A stretch of DNA of 64,000 nt from NCBI GenBank assembly GCA_900548675.1, contig URLJ01000002.1, positions 87,493 to 151,492 on the forward strand, written 5' to 3'. This document shows, piece by piece, positions 57,351 through 64,000 of this stretch; the stretch's first letter is position 1, and each line of letters begins with the position of its first letter. Source of the stretch: an uncultured Mollicutes bacterium. GTDB lineage: Bacteria; Bacillota_I; Bacilli_A; ML615J-28; CAG-313. Below the pieces are notes generated by a model. It was given only the letters and a program-made list of their open reading frames with translations. It was not told the DNA's origin and did no database searches. Position numbers and translations under genes: made by a program.

Positions 57351-57379
57351 ATTATACTATTTTTTTGTGTTTACCGCAA
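57351..57379 (-). promoter_or_regulatory. sigma-A type promoter (-35 TTGCGG, 17 nt, -10 TATAAT) for the amidase lipoprotein gene
   Basis: The minus strand reads TTGCGGtaaacacaaaaaaatagTATAAT, then the SD AAGAGG. Confidence 0.5.
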
Positions 57380-57397
57380 GCGTTTTCACTTAAATTC

Positions 57398-57430
57398 CAA
57401 AAGAAAAAGAGGATTAACTTCCTCTTTTTA
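57398..57430 (-). terminator. Rho-independent terminator after the small membrane protein gene
   Basis: aaagaggattaacttcctcttt stem with a U-tract on the minus strand. Confidence 0.65.
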
Positions 57431-57456
57431 AAAATATCTATGAACAAAAATTTTTC

Positions 57457-57921
57457 TTAGTAAGTAGTTTTGGTTTTATTTGAATAATTGTAGTATGCTT
57501 CATCTTTTTCTTGATATTTTTTAATACCTTCAATAATTGTAAAAATACTAGAAACTAGTAATAATAAAGCACCTACAGATCCTATTAACAAGTATGGAAC
57601 AAGCCACATAAGTCCTGTCATAATAGCAGCTACGCTATATTCGACAACACCAATTAACATTAGAATTGAGCCTGCAACTTCAGAATAAAAACTAATTGAA
57701 GCACCGACAATGCCGACAATACCACTAATTATAGCCATAATAGCTATTACTATTCCCATATTACCAAATTCAAAAACATATCCATTTACCCATGCTCCAC
57801 CTAACGCAAAATACGTTATAAAGGCGGTCATTAATAAATTAAAGATAGCACCAACTAAGCCTAATACGAAAGGAAACTTTTCCCTCGAAAATTCTTTTGG
57901 ATATTTTTCGTTATTCTGCAT
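57457..57921 (-). CDS. Small membrane protein (four TM; DUF4064-like)
   Basis: 154 aa of Gly/Ala-rich hydrophobic helices and a C-terminal charged tail. Confidence 0.5.
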   Translation of the reverse strand: MQNNEKYPKEFSREKFPFVLGLVGAIFNLLMTAFITYFALGGAWVNGYVFEFGNMGIVIAIMAIISGIVGIVGASISFYSEVAGSILMLIGVVEYSVAAIMTGLMWLVPYLLIGSVGALLLLVSSIFTIIEGIKKYQEKDEAYYNYSNKTKTTY

Positions 57922-58035
57922 AATGTCCTCCTCCTATTTTTGTTCATTATTATTTTTTGATAAATAGCATTTTTTATGAAAACCTAATTTTGTAAAATTT
58001 TTATTGTTACATATTGTGACACCAAAAAATTATAA

Positions 58036-58075
58036 TAAAAACAACATAACTAAAACAATTAGCTATGTTGTTTAT
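58036..58075 (-). terminator. Terminator after rpsD
   Basis: aacaacata...tatgttgtt stem followed by a T-rich tract on the minus strand. Confidence 0.5.
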
Positions 58076-58097
58076 TACTGCTTATTAGTGATTAATA

Positions 58098-58697
58098 CTA
58101 ACGATTGTAGAATTCAACAATTAGATTTTCACGAATGTCAGGCATAATTTCGCTTCTTTCAGGATAACGAACAAATGTACCTGTTAATGTATTTTCATCA
58201 AATGAAACAAATGGAAGACGAGAAACTGTAGCTTCTAAAGCATCTTTAACAATTTGTAAACCTTTTGAAGATTGTTTTAAAGAAATTGTTTGACCTTCTT
58301 TTACTAATAGTGAAGGAATGTCAGCTTTTTTACCATCTAGTAAAACATGTCCATGAGTAACTAATTGACGAGCTTGACGACGAGTTGTTGCGAAACCCAA
58401 ACGATAAACTAGGTTGTCTAATCTTGATTCTAATAAGAATAAGAAGTTGTCACCTTGTTTACCAGGGAATTTAGCAGCTTTGTCAAATAAAGTTCTAAAT
58501 TGTTTTTCGTTAACACCATATGTGAAACGAACTTTTTGTTTTTCTTGTAATTGTAATCCATATTCAGAAAGTTTTGCACGGCGTTGACCATGTTGACCTG
58601 GTGCATATGGACGTTTTTGTAATTCTTTACCATTTTCTAAAATAGAAAATTTTAATCTTCTTGATAACTTCCAAGAAGGACCTGTGTAACGTGCCAT
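58098..58697 (-). CDS. rpsD: 30S ribosomal protein S4
   Basis: [15 protein letters not shown]...S4 domain. Length 199 aa. Confidence 0.97.
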   Translation of the reverse strand: MARYTGPSWKLSRRLKFSILENGKELQKRPYAPGQHGQRRAKLSEYGLQLQEKQKVRFTYGVNEKQFRTLFDKAAKFPGKQGDNFLFLLESRLDNLVYRLGFATTRRQARQLVTHGHVLLDGKKADIPSLLVKEGQTISLKQSSKGLQIVKDALEATVSRLPFVSFDENTLTGTFVRYPERSEIMPDIRENLIVEFYNR

Positions 58698-58877
58698 TTT
58701 ATTTTCTCCTTAAGTTTAAATTTATTTTTTAGTGGATAAAAATATTCAAACGCAGATAATAGGAAAGGTTATCTTATTGCTTTCGCCTAAGCAGCGAGAC
58801 TACTAACATCCTAAAGTGATAATCTTTTAAAAAGTGATAATCTTTTTTCTATTACTATTTGAATGCTGCCTTTATCG

Positions 58878-58906
58878 CACCTATAGTATTATACTCTTTT
58901 TTTAGT
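58878..58906 (-). promoter_or_regulatory. Consensus sigma-A promoter (-35 TTGACT, 17 nt, -10 TATAAT) for rpsD, followed by a roughly 180-nt leader
   Basis: The minus strand reads TTGACTttttactaaaaaaagagTATAAT. The leader contains a duplicated AAAGTGATAATCTTTT unit (58814-58846). Confidence 0.6.
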
Positions 58907-58992
58907 AAAAAGTCAAGGAATTAGATTCCCCATTACTTAAATAAGCCTTAAAATTTTAATATAACTAATAAGTCTTATTTATTTTATTTAGT

Positions 58993-59877
58993 CTATTCCT
59001 CTACTACAACATCATAGTTACTACCTATATATTTAAAGCCTACTTTTAAATATGCTTTATTAGAATATGGATTATCTTGATCTACAAATAAACTACAGCA
59101 CTTAAATCCTTCCTCAAAACTTTTTTCAACAAGTAGAGCAACTGTTGTTGAAGCATATCCTTTATTACGATATTTAGGAAAAGTATATACAAAGCTTAAA
59201 GCAGCGTGATCTTTTATTTTTCTCGTTATTGCTGCTAATGAAACAATAGTATTAGTTTCATCGTAGAATAAATATATTTTTTTATCAGCTATCATACTTT
59301 GAGCCATCTTCAAACATTCATCATCACTTTTTATTTCTTTAAAACAATCAAAACTAAAACCTTTAATCGCTGCTGCAATTTCTTTTTCGTCTTCTTGCAC
59401 GGCTTGTTTTAAGTATCCATCTCTATATTTGTCTAAAGAAATTTTTCCTATTTCCATTATATCCATTCTAATATTGATAAAAGCTTTTTTACCAAGAATA
59501 CTATTTGCTTTTTTTATAAAATACTCTGCTTCAGTAGGGTTCCCATTAATACCTTTTATCACTTTATTAGATGTTTTTACATATGTTAAAACGGAAGATA
59601 TCGATTCTTTTTCCTCTTCTATAGAAAGCGTTCTAAGCGGCATTATTTGTAATTTAAAAGGATAAGCATTTTGAAAAATCATAAGCTTTTCATTGTCTTT
59701 TTCTACATACCCAAAAAAGATATTTGAATCAAGAGAAACACCATCTTCTTTCTTTTGAAGATATATGTTTATGTTATGAATTATTAGTTGATTAACACTT
59801 ATATTGTTATATAGAAAATCATGAAATTGCTTTTCAAATTCTTCTATATCCGGTATTATAACAGTAACGTAATTCAT
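58993..59877 (-). CDS. GNAT-family N-acetyltransferase
   Basis: The C-terminal FPKYRNKGYASTTVALL is the acetyl-CoA binding motif. The ATG at 59877 is preceded by AGGAGG at a 7-nt spacer. The ORF-track N-terminal extension has no SD. Confidence 0.7.
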   Translation of the reverse strand: MNYVTVIIPDIEEFEKQFHDFLYNNISVNQLIIHNINIYLQKKEDGVSLDSNIFFGYVEKDNEKLMIFQNAYPFKLQIMPLRTLSIEEEKESISSVLTYVKTSNKVIKGINGNPTEAEYFIKKANSILGKKAFINIRMDIMEIGKISLDKYRDGYLKQAVQEDEKEIAAAIKGFSFDCFKEIKSDDECLKMAQSMIADKKIYLFYDETNTIVSLAAITRKIKDHAALSFVYTFPKYRNKGYASTTVALLVEKSFEEGFKCCSLFVDQDNPYSNKAYLKVGFKYIGSNYDVVVEE

Positions 59878-59970
59878 ATGTTTTCCTCCTAAAACAAGCA
59901 AAGTTTTGCATAAACGCATTCATTATATCATAGTTTCATTTTTCTATTTAAAAAGAAACTTATAAAACTT

Positions 59971-59999
59971 TTGAAGAAAATTTTTAAATATGGTATAAT
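59971..59999 (+). promoter_or_regulatory. sigma-A type promoter with extended -10 (-35 TTGAAG, 17 nt, TGgTATAAT) upstream of the pnuC remnant
   Basis: TTGAAGaaaatttttaaatatggTATAAT. Confidence 0.55.
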
Positions 60000-60115
60000 G
60001 CTCATACATTAATATAAATATTTGCCACCGGGCATAAGAATGTTAAGCATTCATATTACTTATCGTTAGATACTTGAAGATAAGTAAATGCGTGCTTATT
60101 TTTTTTGGAGAATAT

Positions 60116-60485
60116 ATGAAATTATTAAATAGATTTATAAAATATTTTTCTATAACTGAAATATTATTATAGTGTGGATCCGTAGTCCTAATTATCGTGT
60201 CATTCTGTATTTTTGATAGAGAAAACTACCTAACGCTTGCAGCATCACTCATTGGAGTAGCATCACTAGTTTTATAGCCGTATATCTAACTTTCAGAAGA
60301 AGTCCCTTTTATGCAGTGGTTATGCAGATAATGACATTGTATTAATTGTCTTGTGGATATTAGCAACACTGAAAAATTTATCTTACCTTTTTGTTGTTGT
60401 TTGTTTTGTTGCTTTTCTTGTAAATGATATTTATGGTTTCATAAATTGGCGAAAGCTTGAAAAAAAGCAACTTGCTGAAGTATAA
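60116..60485 (+). pseudogene. pnuC: Decayed pnuC (nicotinamide riboside transporter). It keeps an N-terminal fragment with an in-frame stop and frameshift plus an intact C-terminal roughly 70 codons. The middle is deleted.
   Basis: ATG at 60116 with SD GGAG, reading MKLLNRFIKYFSITEILL*. Continuing gives ..IFDRENYLTLAASLIGVASLVL*. A different frame (60270-60485) reads ..GYADNDIVLIVLWILATLKNLSYLFVVVCFVAFLVNDIYGFINWRKLEKKQLAEV*, a typical PnuC C-terminus. The total span is about 370 bp against about 700 bp for an intact pnuC. Confidence 0.6.
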
Positions 60486-60499
60486 TAAATACTTTTTAA

Positions 60500-60536
60500 T
60501 TAAAAAAAACGTGGGTGACCACGTTTTTATTTTTTA
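60500..60536. terminator. Bidirectional rho-independent terminator (end of pgk-tpiA and of the pnuC remnant)
   Basis: aaaaaaAACGTGGgtgaCCACGTTtttatttttt. Confidence 0.8.
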
Positions 60537-60541
60537 AGTTA

Positions 60542-61306
60542 TTAGTATTTGATTGAAGCAGCTACTTTAGCAAAGTTAATAAAGTCTTCAGCAACAAGAC
60601 TAGCACCACCGATTAAAGCTCCGTCAATATGAGGTTGAAGCATCAATGCTTCGATATTAGCAACTTTTACACTTCCACCATATTGAATACGGATTGCATC
60701 AGCTGTTTCTTCACCATACATATTATCAATCAAGAAACGGATATATCCACAAGTTGCGTTAGCCATTTCAGGAGTAGCTGTTTGACCAGTTCCGATAGCC
60801 CAGATTGGTTCATACGCAATTACTAGATCCTTTACTTGTTCTTTTGTTAAACCTGCAAGATCAGCAGTAATTTGTTCTTTAATACGCTTTTCAGTTAAAC
60901 CTGCTTCACGTTCATCTAGTGTTTCACCTACACAAAGAATAGGTTTTAGTCCATGTTTATATGCAGCGTGAAGTTTTTTGTTTACAGATTCATCAGTTTC
61001 ATTAAACATTGCTCGACGCTCACTATGTCCTATTATAACATATGTAACACCAAGTGATGTAAGCATTTCAGGAGCAACTTCACCAGTGTAAGCACCATTT
61101 TCTGCAAAATGCATATTTTGAGCACCAATGCGAAGATTTTCTCCTTGACGTTTTACAAGACATCTTAAAATTGTAAATTGTGAACAAATAACAGTGTCAA
61201 CTTCATCTATTGATGGCATCTCGTTGTTTACAGCGTAGATGAAACTTAAGGCTTCATCTCGTGTTTTAAACATTTTCCAATTGCCAGCGATAATAGGTTT
61301 TCTCAT
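60542..61306 (-). CDS. tpiA: Triosephosphate isomerase
   Basis: IAGNWKM, AYEPIWAIGTG and 254 aa. Confidence 0.97.
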   Translation of the reverse strand: MRKPIIAGNWKMFKTRDEALSFIYAVNNEMPSIDEVDTVICSQFTILRCLVKRQGENLRIGAQNMHFAENGAYTGEVAPEMLTSLGVTYVIIGHSERRAMFNETDESVNKKLHAAYKHGLKPILCVGETLDEREAGLTEKRIKEQITADLAGLTKEQVKDLVIAYEPIWAIGTGQTATPEMANATCGYIRFLIDNMYGEETADAIRIQYGGSVKVANIEALMLQPHIDGALIGGASLVAEDFINFAKVAASIKY

Positions 61307-61321
61307 ATCTTCACCAATACC

Positions 61322-62515
61322 TTATTTATCATTTAAGCAAGCAACACCTGGTAAAGTTTTGCCTTCAAGATATTCTAAACTTGCTCCACCACCTGTTGAA
61401 ATGTGTGTGAATTTCTTTTCATAACCTAAGTTAATAGCTGCAGAAGCAGAATCACCACCACCAATAATAGTTGTTGCGCCTTCTAAATGAGCTAACATCT
61501 CACATACACCAATAGTTCCTTTAGCAAAACGTTTGAATTCGAAAACTCCCATTGGGCCATTCCAAACAACTGTTTTTGCACCTTCAAGTTCTTTCTTAAA
61601 TAATTCAAGTGTTTTGTCACCAATATCAAGACCCATTTCATCATCATGAATGTCTGATGTTAAAGCAACACGATATTCAGCATCTTCAGCGAATTCTTTT
61701 GTTACAACTGTATCAAGTGGTAAAATAATTTTACCTTGTGCTTTTTCTAATAAGCCTTTTGCGAATTCAACAAAGTCATCTTCACATTTTGAAAGACCTA
61801 CATTTTTGCCTTGTGCTTTATAGAATGTATAAGCCATCGCACCACCGATAATAATTTTATCAGCTTTATTTAATAAGTTTTCAATTACAGAAATTTTATC
61901 AGATACTTTTGCTCCACCTAATATTGCTACGAAAGGTCTAACAGGATTATCAACAGCTTCACCGATAAACTTAATTTCTTTTTCTAATAAAAAGCCTGCT
62001 ACACTGTCTTTCATATTTGAAGCAATACCAACATTAGATGCATGTGCACGGTGTGCAGTACCAAATGCATCATTAACGAATACATCGCCAAGGCTTGCCC
62101 AATATGCACCTAATTCAGGATTATTTTTAGATTCTTTTTTGCCATCTACATCTTCATAACGTGTATTTTCAAGCATTACGATTTCAGATGTTTTCATATT
62201 ATTAATTGCATCTTCAACTAAAGCTCCTCTTGTTGCAGGAACAAAATGAACTGGTTGTTTTAATAATTCTTCCAAACGTTTTGCAACTGGTGCTAAAGAA
62301 TTTTTAGCTTTATCTTCTTCACTTGCAACACGTCCTAAATGTGATAAAAGAATAACTTTTGCATCATGTTCTAAAGCATATTTAATTGTTGGTAATGCTT
62401 GAACGATACGATTGTCATCAGTGATTACACCATCTTTCATTGGAACATTAAAATCAACTCTCATTAGGACCTTTTTTCCAGTTAAGTCGATGTCTCTAAT
62501 CGTTTTTTTAGCCAT
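61322..62515 (-). CDS. pgk: Phosphoglycerate kinase
   Basis: RVDFNVP...FAKGT, 397 aa. Confidence 0.97.
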   Translation of the reverse strand: MAKKTIRDIDLTGKKVLMRVDFNVPMKDGVITDDNRIVQALPTIKYALEHDAKVILLSHLGRVASEEDKAKNSLAPVAKRLEELLKQPVHFVPATRGALVEDAINNMKTSEIVMLENTRYEDVDGKKESKNNPELGAYWASLGDVFVNDAFGTAHRAHASNVGIASNMKDSVAGFLLEKEIKFIGEAVDNPVRPFVAILGGAKVSDKISVIENLLNKADKIIIGGAMAYTFYKAQGKNVGLSKCEDDFVEFAKGLLEKAQGKIILPLDTVVTKEFAEDAEYRVALTSDIHDDEMGLDIGDKTLELFKKELEGAKTVVWNGPMGVFEFKRFAKGTIGVCEMLAHLEGATTIIGGGDSASAAINLGYEKKFTHISTGGGASLEYLEGKTLPGVACLNDK

Positions 62516-62607
62516 ACAATTTACCTTCCTTTTTTATATTTTATTATTTTTACTACTTATATATTGTACTACTTTTTTATCTTTAATGCAAGCAAAATGT
62601 ATGAGGA

Positions 62608-63021
62608 CTAATATATATATCTTTTCTGTTTTGCATATTCTTCTATTACATGTGCCTTCTTTAAAGACAGTTTAACTTGTTTAATCTTTGCATCCACTTC
62701 TAAGCCTTCATGGCTATTAAAGAAAACGATTGTTTTATTATCATTTTCAATAACTCTTTTCACTGCCATAGCATTTATAAATAATATTTTTTTATTGTTA
62801 AGAGGCGTGAAATATATTAATATTATTTCTTCATTTATATATATGGGTGTTAATTTAACATATTTAAACATCTTTCTAATTGCTTTTACTCTTCCACTTA
62901 AAGTTGAAAAATGTTTTATACATTCATCTTCTAAAACTTTCAAAACTTTATCATTTTTTTTCGAAATGCCATTGTCACTAGCAATAATAGTTTCGTCATT
63001 TTTCCCTTTTATATAAAACAT
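62608..63021 (-). CDS. ComK-family protein (competence transcription factor-like), tentative
   Basis: The ATG at 63021 has a GGAGGG SD. MFYIKGKNDETIIAS...TLSGRVKAIRKMFKYVKLTPIYINEEIILIYFTPLNN follows the ComK pattern (G.T.I...GR.A......K.P......I..FPT). Confidence 0.4.
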   Translation of the reverse strand: MFYIKGKNDETIIASDNGISKKNDKVLKVLEDECIKHFSTLSGRVKAIRKMFKYVKLTPIYINEEIILIYFTPLNNKKILFINAMAVKRVIENDNKTIVFFNSHEGLEVDAKIKQVKLSLKKAHVIEEYAKQKRYIY

Positions 63022-63081
63022 TGTTAAAATCCCTCCTATTATATGACAAAAACCACGAGACAACTCGCGGTTTTTAATTTA

Positions 63082-64000
63082 TTATTTTGTTTCTGCTTCT
63101 TCTTTTGCTTCTTCTTCTTGAGCAATTTGTGCTTTACGCTTTTGATCGATTTTGATACGTTTTTCTGTTTCAGGATCAAAGAAGTGACATTTATCAATGT
63201 CTAAAGCCATTTCAAACATATCATTAGTATGAATATCAACACGTGCTTTTACTTTAGCAACAACCATTTGTCCAGCAATATCAGTACCAGGGAATTTAAC
63301 AGTTATTTGTGATTCTGCACCTAATAATTCAGAAACTTCAACTTTAGCAGTAACTTTTGAATCTTGGTGCTCTTTAATGAATTCAGGTTCATCGTGACAA
63401 TCTTCAGGTCTAATACCCATGATTACTTTTTCACCAATATATCCTTCGTGTTTTAAAACATTCATTTGTTTTTCAGATACTTTAATTCTAAATACACCAT
63501 GTTTATGAGTACCACATTCAAAGATACCATCTTCACCAACTGTACCTTCAATAAAGTTCATTGGAGGAGTTCCAATGAAACCACCTACGAATACATTATC
63601 TGGATAATCATATATTTCTTTAGGTGCTCCTATTTGTTGAATCCAACCATCTTTCATAACAACGATTCTACTTGCCATTGTCATAGCTTCAATTTGGTCA
63701 TGGGTAACGTAAATAGTTGTTGTTCCTAAACTTTCATGAAGTTTAATTAATTCTGATCTCATTTGTACACGTAATTTTGCATCTAGGTTAGATAGAGGTT
63801 CGTCCATTAAGAATACTTTTGCGTCACGAACGATAGCACGTCCTAATGCAACACGTTGACGTTGACCACCTGATAGAGCTGCAGGTTTACGATCTAAATA
63901 TGGTTTTAATCCTAATGTTTCAGCAGCACCTTGAACACGACGATCAATTTCATTACGAGAGAATTTTCTTAGTTTTAATCCAAATGCCATATTATCATAT
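63082..64000 (-). CDS. Sugar ABC transporter ATP-binding protein (MalK/MsmK/UgpC family). The N-terminus lies beyond the right edge of the window.
   Basis: [16 protein letters not shown], Walker [13 protein letters not shown], the H-loop TTIYVTHDQ and a C-terminal TOBE-like regulatory domain. The frame is open to the window end. Confidence 0.85.
   Translation of the reverse strand, partial: YDNMAFGLKLRKFSRNEIDRRVQGAAETLGLKPYLDRKPAALSGGQRQRVALGRAIVRDAKVFLMDEPLSNLDAKLRVQMRSELIKLHESLGTTTIYVTHDQIEAMTMASRIVVMKDGWIQQIGAPKEIYDYPDNVFVGGFIGTPPMNFIEGTVGEDGIFECGTHKHGVFRIKVSEKQMNVLKHEGYIGEKVIMGIRPEDCHDEPEFIKEHQDSKVTAKVEVSELLGAESQITVKFPGTDIAGQMVVAKVKARVDIHTNDMFEMALDIDKCHFFDPETEKRIKIDQKRKAQIAQEEEAKEEAETK

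Noticed and set aside
58430-58633. 67-aa ORF inside rpsD in another frame
   Set aside because: It is nested in a highly conserved ribosomal protein gene and is a frame artifact.
58993-59919. N-terminal extension of the GNAT ORF (MRLCKTLLVLGGKH..)
   Set aside because: There is no SD before that start. A strong AGGAGG-7 nt-ATG lies at 59877 and the extension has no homology.
1-64000. CRISPR arrays, IS elements, transposases and integrases. I looked specifically near the tRNA-Gly and around the giant-protein loci.
   Set aside because: No regularly spaced short direct repeats were seen. There are no DDE or tyrosine-recombinase-like ORFs and no flanking direct repeats duplicating the tRNA 3' end. 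The island hypothesis for the amidase locus therefore stays weak.

Overview
This 64 kb window comes from a low-GC (roughly 27-29%) Firmicute that uses the standard genetic code (TGA is a stop) and almost certainly forms spores. The evidence for sporulation is an alpha/beta-type SASP gene with a sigma-G-like promoter and a GerE-like LuxR regulator. Nearly every gene is on the minus strand.

Conserved housekeeping blocks:
- uvrC with a KapD-like exonuclease and an M42 peptidase
- rimP-nusA-ylxR-ylxQ-infB-rbfA
- a TGS-uridine-kinase fusion
- trmH, and nifS-thiI
- zur-znuACB (Zur with a zinc-uptake ABC transporter)
- two ABCB-type exporters
- an AlkD-like gene and a flavodoxin/ferredoxin gene
- rpsD, with its consensus promoter and leader
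- a ComK-like gene, pgk-tpiA and a partial MalK-like gene

Three accessory loci are interleaved with these, plus decay products:
1. A tightly packed, about 16.4 kb, six-gene minus-strand operon. It encodes an ABC transporter (permease, membrane-anchored Ig-like protein, ATPase), a 1050-aa beta-helix lipoprotein, a 3120-aa surface protein with tandem MBG-type repeats, and a small lipoprotein.
2. A four-gene operon with no direct match I can name. Its genes are an RHH repressor, a YdjI-like SPFH protein flanked by six zinc ribbons, a four-TM membrane protein, and a 989-aa protein combining a zinc ribbon, a TIR domain and a C-terminal BCCP-like biotinyl domain. A perfect consensus promoter threaded with operator repeats drives it. 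This is the strongest candidate for a new defense or membrane-stress system.
3. A 1487-aa lipoprotein carrying a C-terminal Amidase_2 (PGRP-type) domain, placed directly upstream of a slightly atypical tRNA-Gly(GCC).
4. A decayed pnuC remnant with an intact promoter and a structured leader, and a BspA-type LRR gene fragment.

No CRISPR arrays, transposases or integrases were seen. Every assignment rests on by-eye motif recognition, so profile searches are needed throughout.
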